Source: an uncultured Candidatus Bathyarchaeia archaeon
GTDB taxonomy: Archaea; Thermoproteota; Bathyarchaeia; TCS64
Direction: 5' to 3'
Assembly: GCA_964347685.1 (NCBI GenBank)
Contig: CAYGAH010000235.1
Span: 1-51,508, forward strand
DNA: 51,508 nt
Under the pieces are notes generated by a model. That model saw only the letters and a program-made list of their open reading frames with translations, did not search any database and was not told where the DNA came from. Made by a program: the position numbers and the translations under genes. Within the stretch, counting starts at the first letter, position 1. Every line of letters begins with the position of its first letter. Of the stretch, positions 36,765 to 44,530 are shown piece after piece.

Positions 36765-38240
36765 TCATCTCCTCCGCTTCTTGACTATCGCGTCGCTTAG
36801 GATCTCGGAGGAGATCAGCGTCATGGGCACGCCCACGCCTGGATGCGTGTAGTGCCCCGTGTAGTATAGGCCCTCAACCTTCCTGCTCCTGTGGGAGGGC
36901 CTGAAGAGGGCCGTCTGGCGGATGGTATGCACCAGCCCAAGGGCTGTGCCCTTGTACGCGTTGTAGTCTTCCCTGAAGTCCCTGTGGCTGAAGATCCTCT
37001 TCACGACCACGTGGTCCCGGATGTCCTCGCCTAGGAGGTCCTCCATGTGCGCCACCAGCTTTTCATAATAGCGTTCTCTCTGCTCTTCAGGGTCCTCCAA
37101 GTCGGGCGCGAGGGGCACCAATACGAACAGGGTCTCACAGTTCTCGGGGGCCACAGCATCATCGGTCCTGGACGCGACGTTGATGTAGTAGGACGGTCTC
37201 TCGGGCCACCTGGCCTTCTTAGGGTCGAAAATCTCTTCGAAGCCCTTGGCCCAGTCCTCGGCGAGGAACAGATTGTGGTGCTCCAGGGCTTCGAGCTTCT
37301 CGTCGATGCCGATGTATAGCACCAGGGCGGATGGGGCGATGGTCCGGCTCTCCCAGTAACCCTCGTCGTAGGTCCTGTACTCCCTGTCTAGGAGTTCGAG
37401 CTCCGAGTGGGCATAGTCGGCGTTCACGACGACGATGTCCGCATCATAGGAACCCTTCAGGGTCAAGACGCCCTTCGCTTTTCCCCGCTCGACGTTTATC
37501 TTCGTCACGGGCGTGTCATACTCGAACTGGGCCCCGTGCTCCTCGGCCAGGCGGGCTACCGATTCTACAACCTTCCCAATGCCCTCGTATGGGTACCATA
37601 CTCCGAGATTGAAGTCGACATGGGACATTATGTAGTAGAGGGCGGGGGTGTTCTTCGGGCTGCCCCCGAGGAACCCTATGGAGTACTCTAGGACCTTCCT
37701 GGCCTTGTCGCTCTCGAAGACGCCGCTGACGAACCTGTCGATGTTGCTGAAGAGGGGGACCTTGAACCCTTGGAGCATGAGCCTACCGCTGATGAGGTCC
37801 GAGATCGAGTCGTAGTTCCTGTAGAGGAGATCTCTCATTGCGACGTCGTAGCTTTCCTTGGCCCTCTGGAGGTATGCCCTGAGCTTATTCCCGCCCTCCT
37901 CCTCGAAGGAGTCGAAGAGTTCGAAGTTGTCTTCGAGGGATGCCGATACGTCCGTGACCTCTCCGTCGCCGAAGAAGATCCTGTATGAGGGGTCTAACCT
38001 GATCAGCCTGTAGTAGTCCTCCGGCTTCCTTCCGAACCTGGAGAAGAACCTCTCGAAGACGTCTGGCATCAGGTACCAGGAGGGGCCCATGTCGAAGGCG
38101 TACCCCTTCTCCCTGTACACCCTCGCCCTGCCTCCCGGCTGCTCGTTCTTCTCCAGCACAGTTACCTCGAACCCTTCCCTGGCGAGGAGAGCCGCTGCAG
38201 ATAGGCCGCCAAAGCCTGCGCCGACGACCACGACCGACAT
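36765..38240 (-). CDS. crtI: Phytoene desaturase family (CrtI/CrtD-type carotenoid desaturase)
   Basis: VVGAGFGGLSAAALLAREGFEVTVLEKNEQPGGRA FAD motif and the C-terminal GLYYTGHYTHPGVGVP motif; 491 aa. Confidence 0.85.
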   Translation of the reverse strand: MSVVVVGAGFGGLSAAALLAREGFEVTVLEKNEQPGGRARVYREKGYAFDMGPSWYLMPDVFERFFSRFGRKPEDYYRLIRLDPSYRIFFGDGEVTDVSASLEDNFELFDSFEEEGGNKLRAYLQRAKESYDVAMRDLLYRNYDSISDLISGRLMLQGFKVPLFSNIDRFVSGVFESDKARKVLEYSIGFLGGSPKNTPALYYIMSHVDFNLGVWYPYEGIGKVVESVARLAEEHGAQFEYDTPVTKINVERGKAKGVLTLKGSYDADIVVVNADYAHSELELLDREYRTYDEGYWESRTIAPSALVLYIGIDEKLEALEHHNLFLAEDWAKGFEEIFDPKKARWPERPSYYINVASRTDDAVAPENCETLFVLVPLAPDLEDPEEQRERYYEKLVAHMEDLLGEDIRDHVVVKRIFSHRDFREDYNAYKGTALGLVHTIRQTALFRPSHRSRKVEGLYYTGHYTHPGVGVPMTLISSEILSDAIVKKRRR

Positions 38241-38412
38241 CTATTTGTTTGGTCCACCCCAAGTTTAAATATGTTTAGTAAAAACTAAAACATGCTATAT
38301 GTTGCGGCCTCTAGGCTCTCAAATGCGTGTGGGTGAGTAAGAGGTTAAAGCCTATTTAGAGGGGGGTGGCGAGACTGACCCGGTTGAAAGCCTGCGAACA
38401 TGAAGTTTACCG

Positions 38413-39177
38413 GTGTGGGCTATGATAAAATGGTTCTTTGTCTTGAGCGTGGCCTTTTTCATCTTCAGCTATTTTCCGGCCAACATCTCCCAAACTGGCA
38501 GTTTTTCCTTTATTTCGAACACATTTCTTTTAGTTTTGGCGTCCCCGTCTTATTTCGCTCTCTGCGTTTGGATGGGCCCAAGGAAAGCAACCCTTATCAT
38601 CGTCCTCCTCAGCCTCCTTTCCGTAACTGTAGAGGCCTTCGCCGTATCGACGGGCCTCCCCTACGGGGGATTCACTTATTCGACGGCTCTGGGGTTGAGG
38701 GTTTTTGGCCTTGTGCCTTGGTCCGTCGCCTTCGCCTACCTGCCCATACTGCTGGGTGCGACAACTATGGCCAGCCACCTCGCGGGAGGAGGGAGGAGGA
38801 GATTCGCCCTCTTGAGCGCCTTACTTGTCATGTCCTTCGACCTCGTTGTCGACCCCGCAGCCGTGTCAATGGGCCTCTGGATGTGGCCTAAGGGTGGCGC
38901 CTACTTCGGCGTCCCCCCGATAAACTTCCTCGGCTGGGCTATTACAGGTTACCTCTACTCGAACATATTCTACTTCGCGGCTCGTGATTGCTTTCTAGAG
39001 GGAGAAACTATGCCCCTGAACGTATCCAGCAGTCTACTGTTTATTCTATCATTCTGGACCGGCTTCCTCGTGTGGAGGGGCCTGACCGTACCAGTCGCGA
39101 TAGGCTCTGTCTTGTTAGTTGCGATGTTCCTCCTCATGCGTTATAGAAGTCGAGATCGGATTTCAAAAAAGGGTTAG
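38413..39177 (+). CDS. Carotenoid biosynthesis membrane protein (CruF / Caroten_synth-like, DUF422-type)
   Basis: A 7-TM protein with a LPYGGFTYS..LG...FGLVPWSV pattern, divergently transcribed from crtI. The call rests on remembered family features plus context. Confidence 0.5.
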   Translation: MWAMIKWFFVLSVAFFIFSYFPANISQTGSFSFISNTFLLVLASPSYFALCVWMGPRKATLIIVLLSLLSVTVEAFAVSTGLPYGGFTYSTALGLRVFGLVPWSVAFAYLPILLGATTMASHLAGGGRRRFALLSALLVMSFDLVVDPAAVSMGLWMWPKGGAYFGVPPINFLGWAITGYLYSNIFYFAARDCFLEGETMPLNVSSSLLFILSFWTGFLVWRGLTVPVAIGSVLLVAMFLLMRYRSRDRISKKG

Positions 39178-39194
39178 GGGATCAAGTTCCCGGA

Positions 39195-40196
39195 TTAGAA
39201 CAGGAAGCCGTTCTTCAGTGGGTCCTTGGGGTCGATGACGATCTGGTTGAAGGCCGTGACGTAGGCGGTGGCCGAGACCTCGGGCATGATGCCCCTGTAC
39301 TTTCCCACTTTGACCTCCTCGAGGACCTTGCAGTGGTGGAGGGTGCTTATGGTGCTCTCGCAGACCAGCTCGTCCCCCACCTTCAGCTCCTCCTTTCCAT
39401 AGAGGGCCGCCATCCTAGCGTTGCTGCATGTGCCAGCTGGGGACCTACAAGACTGCTTTGGTCCGAAGACGTTCCAATGGCGGGTGTCTGCATCCTTCCT
39501 AGAGGGCTTCGTATAGAAGGTAACTAGGTCAAGGACGTTGAGTTCAGGGTACTCGGGGTGATCCATCTTATACCCGTCGGCAAGGTGATTCCTTATCTTC
39601 CAACCCAGGGGGATCCAGTGGTCCTTGGTCTCTAGGCTCGGCTCCAGCCCTATGCTCTCGGCATCTATGAAGGCGTACCATAGGCCCCCATAAGCTATGT
39701 CCGCCTTGACCTTCCCTACGCCGGGGACGTCCTCCTCTATGGTCTTGGAGTAGAAGCTGGGGACCCCCCGCATCGTTATGGACTCGGCTTCCCCGTCCTC
39801 CACCTTGACTCTCGTCTTCACCAGGCCAGCGACGGTGTCGAAGGTTATCTCGGTGAAGGGCTCCTCTACCTCTACCATCCCCGTGTTCACGAGGGCTGCG
39901 GCGCAGCTGTATGTGCTGTCCCCGCAGGCGCTGAAGTAGCCGTCCGTCCAGAGGTAGATGACGCCGACGTCGGCCTCAGGCACGGTAGGCTCTGTTATGA
40001 CTGCCCCGAGGAGGCCCGCGGAGCCCCTGGGCTCCTGCAGCATCGTGGGTCTCAGGTGGTCGTAATGCTCCTGGAAGTAGGCCTGCTTCTCTGCCATCGT
40101 TTTGCCTTTCAGCTTGGGGATGCCCCCGATGAGAATTCTAGTCGCCTCGCCGGTTGAGTGGGTGTCGATACAAGAGACGTATCTGTTTAACTTCAA
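39195..40196 (-). CDS. Proline racemase / 4-hydroxyproline epimerase / 3-hydroxyproline dehydratase superfamily protein with atypical catalytic residues
   Basis: The family is colinear from IDTHSTGEATRI through GYFSACGDST (first catalytic Cys) to CRSPAGTCSNARMAAL. The canonical form of the last motif is DRSPCGTGTSARMA. Confidence 0.8.
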   Translation of the reverse strand: MKLNRYVSCIDTHSTGEATRILIGGIPKLKGKTMAEKQAYFQEHYDHLRPTMLQEPRGSAGLLGAVITEPTVPEADVGVIYLWTDGYFSACGDSTYSCAAALVNTGMVEVEEPFTEITFDTVAGLVKTRVKVEDGEAESITMRGVPSFYSKTIEEDVPGVGKVKADIAYGGLWYAFIDAESIGLEPSLETKDHWIPLGWKIRNHLADGYKMDHPEYPELNVLDLVTFYTKPSRKDADTRHWNVFGPKQSCRSPAGTCSNARMAALYGKEELKVGDELVCESTISTLHHCKVLEEVKVGKYRGIMPEVSATAYVTAFNQIVIDPKDPLKNGFLF

Positions 40197-40328
40197 TTCT
40201 TATCATAACGATTACAGTCGTAAACCCCTTATACTATTATCGATGCCAAACCCACTCGCGTCCCATGCAACCCTTTATAGACGAATCCGATTCATCAATA
40301 ACCGGAAAGACGCGCGAGGTAAATTCCG

Positions 40329-41963
40329 ATGTCCCTCAAGGCTGACGATGCTGCCGAAATAGACCGCCAGGTTATGGAGATTGCGGGTACAGCCGTCTCC
40401 CACACTATGGCCTTAGCCTACACCAGCCTTAAAGTGAAGGATCATGCGCATTTCAGCATCCTGGGGATCGCCGAAAGCCTGAGCGACGGGGTCAGGAGGG
40501 AGCCCAAGGCCACAGAAAGCTTCGAGGGGGAAATATTGGTCGTGGATAGGGACCTATTCGAGTCGGATGTGAGTGACTCTGCTCTGCTAGAGGTCACCGC
40601 GGCAAGACTCCTCCTACCTAATAGGATCCTTGTGGGGGGAGACTATCTCTATCGCTGGGACAAGAGATATAGGAGGCGTAAGGTCGAGGAGAGCCTCACG
40701 AGCCTTGTCTTGGAGCATCCTGAGCTCTCAAGCGAGCTACTGATCGACCCCCGCTACTTCGCCTACGACATCCTCCCAAGGCTCTTCTACATATTCCCAC
40801 AAGGCTGCGACTTCCTAAGGAAACTCGATGAAAAAGGCGACAGCCTCGTGGAAGGATATTCAGAGGTCCTAGGAGATTTAGAGGCGGAGGGGATCATCCA
40901 CTTCGCGGAAGGCTTAGCCTCCATTGACAGGGGCTTCATCGACTCTGTCCTCGAGAGGGGGATATCCGCCTCTGAACAGCTCTCCCGAGTCCAGAGACAG
41001 CTCAACGGGCTGCTCAAATTGGGAATAGGCGGCCTATCCAGCCTCATAGCACCTCTCCCGGGTCAGTTCCTCGTCGGAGGATTCGCCAGCCTCTTGAAGG
41101 AGTCGGATGCGACGGGACCCGATCGATTCCTTTACTTCCCCACGGCGAGGGGGCCGACGCCCATCTCAGGTTCTAAAGAGATCACCGAGATGATCAGGGA
41201 ACTCGACTCCTCGGCGGAGGTAGGGGATATCCGAGTTTGCCGCATCGGGAGCCTAGTGAATGACGTTTACTTGCTAACATATGGAGACGAATCGGAAAAG
41301 AGGGTGGTAATGAAGAGGTATCCTACTTGGAGCAACCTCAAGTGGGCACCCCTGGCCCTCTGGACCCTAGGGACCCAGAACTTCGCCGTCCTGGGCAGGT
41401 CCAGGATGGAGAGGGAGTGCTCCACAACCAGCTTCCTCATCCGTAACGGGATCCGGGCTCCCACGATCCTTCACACGAGCTTCGAGAACCGGACGCTCCT
41501 GAAGGAGTACGTCGAGGGTGCGACGATGGACGAGTTTGTTAAGGCTGCAATACAGAGGGGAAGCCTCGATGAAAGGGAGACATCCCTCTTTCGGAGGGTG
41601 GGAGGGATCGTCGCTGCCGTCCACCTCGCGGGGGGAACTCTTGGAGACTGCAAGCCGGAGAACCTCGTCCTAACCTCGGAGGACGAGATATACGTCATAG
41701 ACTTGGAGCAGGGAGCGAGGGGTGGTAACAAGGCCTGGGACGTTGCGGAGTTCCTCTACTTCTCGGGCCACTACGCGGGGCCGCTCGATCCCCCTTCTAG
41801 GATCACCCAAGTCGCCAAGAGTTTCATAAAGGGATACATCGAGGAGGGAGGTAGCGTCACCCTTGTCAACGAAGCAGCAAACTTAGGGTACACCAAGGTC
41901 TTCGCCCCCTTCACCCTCCCCCAGGTTTTGTACGCGGTGTCAAAGGTTTGCCGTGAAGCCTGA
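40329..41963 (+). CDS. Two-domain protein: unknown N-terminal domain of about 300 aa plus a C-terminal Bud32/RIO/Kdo-kinase-like atypical protein kinase domain
   Basis: In the C-terminal half: VVMKRY (VAIK-like Lys), LLKEYVEG hinge, GDCKPENLVL catalytic loop, and YVIDLEQG (DFG equivalent). Confidence 0.55.
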   Translation: MSLKADDAAEIDRQVMEIAGTAVSHTMALAYTSLKVKDHAHFSILGIAESLSDGVRREPKATESFEGEILVVDRDLFESDVSDSALLEVTAARLLLPNRILVGGDYLYRWDKRYRRRKVEESLTSLVLEHPELSSELLIDPRYFAYDILPRLFYIFPQGCDFLRKLDEKGDSLVEGYSEVLGDLEAEGIIHFAEGLASIDRGFIDSVLERGISASEQLSRVQRQLNGLLKLGIGGLSSLIAPLPGQFLVGGFASLLKESDATGPDRFLYFPTARGPTPISGSKEITEMIRELDSSAEVGDIRVCRIGSLVNDVYLLTYGDESEKRVVMKRYPTWSNLKWAPLALWTLGTQNFAVLGRSRMERECSTTSFLIRNGIRAPTILHTSFENRTLLKEYVEGATMDEFVKAAIQRGSLDERETSLFRRVGGIVAAVHLAGGTLGDCKPENLVLTSEDEIYVIDLEQGARGGNKAWDVAEFLYFSGHYAGPLDPPSRITQVAKSFIKGYIEEGGSVTLVNEAANLGYTKVFAPFTLPQVLYAVSKVCREA

Positions 41964-42234
41964 CCAGCATTATTTTCATCCATTACAAAGTAACGTAATT
42001 AAGGGATCTGCTTGAGAATCCATTATGGATGCGTAACCGTGTTAGAAGACTACAATCCTCAAAGGCTTAAAGTTGAGCCTCTTCCCTGAGTCGAAGGTTC
42101 ATGCTGTACCTCGTCGGGGGGAGCATGAGGCTTATCATCTCTAGAAACTTAGAATCTACGATACAAAATGGGTAAGTTGAAGGGATGCCGCCGGCTTTTA
42201 TAGTGGGATTTCTTCCTTCATACTCGGTGTCGTT

Positions 42235-42990
42235 ATGCTCCCTCTCCCGCTCTTCGCTTCGTTCATCTTCTCTGGGACGATGGAGATCCTCGTGCCTATC
42301 ATCCTCGGGCTCTATATCAGCAGAAGGTTCGGGGGGAGTTGGAAGGTCTTCTTGATAGGCTGTGCGATGTTCGCCGTCTCGATGATACGCATCCCACTTA
42401 ACACCTACGGCTCCAACTTCATCGCCCAAAACTTCCTGGGGCCGAACTTGATGATCCTTCTCATAGCGTTTCCCTCACTCACCGCCGGCCTCTTCGAGGA
42501 GGCCGTCAGGTTCGCCGCTTTCAAGCTGTGGATAAAGGACCATAGGTTCGAGGAGGGGCTGATGTACGGCGCAGGGCACGGGGGGTTCGAGTCCATGGCG
42601 CTGGTGGGTTTGTCGGTTTTGAGCACGGGGATCATCGCTAGCTTTTTCCCTGAGACGCTTCCTCCGGGGCAACTAGAATTACTGTCAGTCCTCCCAGCTT
42701 ATCTTCCGCTCGTCGGGCTCTACGAGAGGCTGATGGCGATAACGATCCAGATAGGGTTGTCCATCGTCATCCTCCAGACCTTTATTCAGAAAACCTACAT
42801 GTACCTCCTAGCAGCAATCTTGCTGCACTTCGCTATCAACTTCCTCTCCATCTACGCCCTACAATATGGCATAGTCTGGGCGGAACTCACAACAACGATC
42901 TTCGCCCTGCTCTTGGCAACATACATCTGGCGTATGGTGCAAAGGACCCGTGATGAAAGCAAGTCCGGGGTCGAAAAGGTGCCTTTGTAG
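42235..42990 (+). CDS. YhfC-family (DUF2324) intramembrane metalloprotease-like protein
   Basis: Polytopic protein with LFEEAVRFAAFK (EExxR) and GAGHGGFES motifs. Confidence 0.65.
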   Translation: MLPLPLFASFIFSGTMEILVPIILGLYISRRFGGSWKVFLIGCAMFAVSMIRIPLNTYGSNFIAQNFLGPNLMILLIAFPSLTAGLFEEAVRFAAFKLWIKDHRFEEGLMYGAGHGGFESMALVGLSVLSTGIIASFFPETLPPGQLELLSVLPAYLPLVGLYERLMAITIQIGLSIVILQTFIQKTYMYLLAAILLHFAINFLSIYALQYGIVWAELTTTIFALLLATYIWRMVQRTRDESKSGVEKVPL

Positions 42991-43008
42991 ACCCAGTCTA
43001 TATCGAGG

Positions 43009-43176
43009 CTAACCTTCTTGAATCGATCTTTGTATCGGCTTCAGGCTTCCGTCGAGGTGGTTCAACTCGCATTTCCCGGCGTCCTTTTCGTTGAGGTGGG
43101 GTATACCGCATTTTTTGCAGTAGTAGAGAGGTGTGGAGCCCAACCCGCAGATGAACTTGACCCTTCTGAAGACCAC
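43009..43176 (-). CDS. Small (55 aa) zinc-finger-like protein below the ORF-track length cut-off
   Basis: A GTG-initiated ORF encoding VVFRRVKFICGLGSTPLYYCKKCGIPHLNEKDAGKCELNHLDGSLKPIQRSIQEG*. The pattern C-x2-C-x12-C-x3-H is present. It starts 40 nt downstream of the Trm112-like gene on the same strand. Confidence 0.3.
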   Translation of the reverse strand: MVFRRVKFICGLGSTPLYYCKKCGIPHLNEKDAGKCELNHLDGSLKPIQRSIQEG

Positions 43177-43216
43177 AAGAAAAATTTACTACCATTGAGT
43201 AGATAAATATTCCGGA

Positions 43217-43783
43217 TCATCCGCTGAGGTTGAAGGGTTTGCCCCCTTCCAGGACCTCCTGGGGGACCAGTCCCCGCCACTTCTCCAGCCACGCCAGGTC
43301 CCTTTCTTTCTCCCTCAGGTCGTCGGGCAATAGCTCTGGTATCGTCTCCACAGCGCTCCCTATTGGATACCACCGCCCACACTCGGGGCAGACGAGGAGC
43401 CCCTCCTCCACCTCTAGGAGGTTGAGGAACCTGTAGAGCACATCTATGCCCTCGGGGAACTCCTGGAGCAGCTTCTTCTCATCGGGGTTCTCGACCATTT
43501 CAAACCGATTCACGGCCTTAACAGAGTCTGCCAGTAGCTCGGCTGAATCATTTGAGCCCGAGAGGTCCCTAACGGCTCTTACGGAGGGGGGGCTTATGGT
43601 GCCGTCCGCAATCTGTTTCGCTAGGTGCTGGTAGCTCTTTCTGAAGTGCTGGTTGGGCTTCCCAGCCTCCGAGTTGATCTTCCTCATCTCCTCCTCGCTG
43701 GTCTCCCAGGTGAAGAAGCTGGCCTTTAGGGGGTGGTGCTTGTCTATCGGGCACGCCAGTATGTTGAGCAGCCAAGGCTTCAT
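43217..43783 (-). CDS. Trm112/UPF0434-like zinc-knuckle protein with a large helical insertion
   Basis: The N-terminal LLNILACPIDKHHPL and the C-terminal LLVCPECGRWYPIGSAVETIPELLPDD are the two halves of the Trm112 fold. They are separated by about 110 aa. Confidence 0.55.
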   Translation of the reverse strand: MKPWLLNILACPIDKHHPLKASFFTWETSEEEMRKINSEAGKPNQHFRKSYQHLAKQIADGTISPPSVRAVRDLSGSNDSAELLADSVKAVNRFEMVENPDEKKLLQEFPEGIDVLYRFLNLLEVEEGLLVCPECGRWYPIGSAVETIPELLPDDLREKERDLAWLEKWRGLVPQEVLEGGKPFNLSG

Positions 43784-44001
43784 TACAGGATCGATAGAAA
43801 AAGGCGTTTGATGAATAAAAGATTATCAGCCTAAAATCTTAACTTGCCTAGAAAAAATTGTAGATGGGCTAATTTTTGACGCAGGAATGTGTTAAGGCAA
43901 ACCTGATATGGGATCGCACAGGCGAACTTCGATTTTTTGAGAACATTTAAAAGTGTGGTAACGTAGGCTTCTATTTCTTATTGATCGACCACAAGAGTGG
44001 G

Positions 44002-44511
44002 TCAGGGGTCCCGGAATATCTTGTATCGTTTCAGGCGGGGCCAGCCGGACTTCGTGTACTTCAGCATCTCAGGGTTGTCACGGATCCACCTGAACATGTC
44101 CCAGAAGTTCCTCCCCCACCTCTCGGTCCTGTCCTCCCTGGGCTCGTAGCCCAAGTTCCTGATCTCGTTTATGAAGGCCAGCTCCACCAGCTCCTGAGCC
44201 CTTCCCTCTACCTTGCATCTTTCCATCCTTTCCTCGCCGAACTGCTCAGCAAGGGCAGCTGAGGCCTCGTCTAGGATGGTCCCCCTGCATATTCTTATCT
44301 TCTCGCCCTCTTCTAGCCCCAGCCTTTTAACGAGCCTTAACGCTATCCTTCGGGCCTCCCTCAGCCAGGTCTTCTGTCTGAATCGGGGTTTCTGGAAGTG
44401 CTTCACGTCTATGACGTCATATATGAAGTGGTCCGTCTCGGGCCGGTAGGCCCCTATGACCACGCCGAACAAAAGGTCGCCGTAGCCCGCGTCGTCGATG
44501 ACGATGGTCAT
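44002..44511 (-). CDS. Conserved-looking hypothetical protein
   Basis: 169-aa ORF with host-like composition. The N-terminal VIDDAGYGDLLFGVVIG is reminiscent of the first acidic motif of RNase HII/RNase H-like folds. No family was recognised. Confidence 0.45.
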   Translation of the reverse strand: MTIVIDDAGYGDLLFGVVIGAYRPETDHFIYDVIDVKHFQKPRFRQKTWLREARRIALRLVKRLGLEEGEKIRICRGTILDEASAALAEQFGEERMERCKVEGRAQELVELAFINEIRNLGYEPREDRTERWGRNFWDMFRWIRDNPEMLKYTKSGWPRLKRYKIFRDP

Positions 44512-44530
44512 GGAAAAGCCCTGGAATTTT

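Noticed and set aside
38273-38290. Short inverted repeat tttagt-aaaa-actaaa in the crtI/cruF-like divergent promoter, considered as a possible operator.
   Set aside because: It has only 6-bp arms in AT-rich promoter DNA next to a tttaaa TATA-like element, so it is indistinguishable from chance.
43809-43905. Candidate box C/D sRNA (tgatga at 43809..43814 and ctga at 43902..43905).
   Set aside because: The boxes are about 95 nt apart, which is much longer than archaeal C/D sRNAs. There are no convincing C'/D' boxes and no terminal stem.
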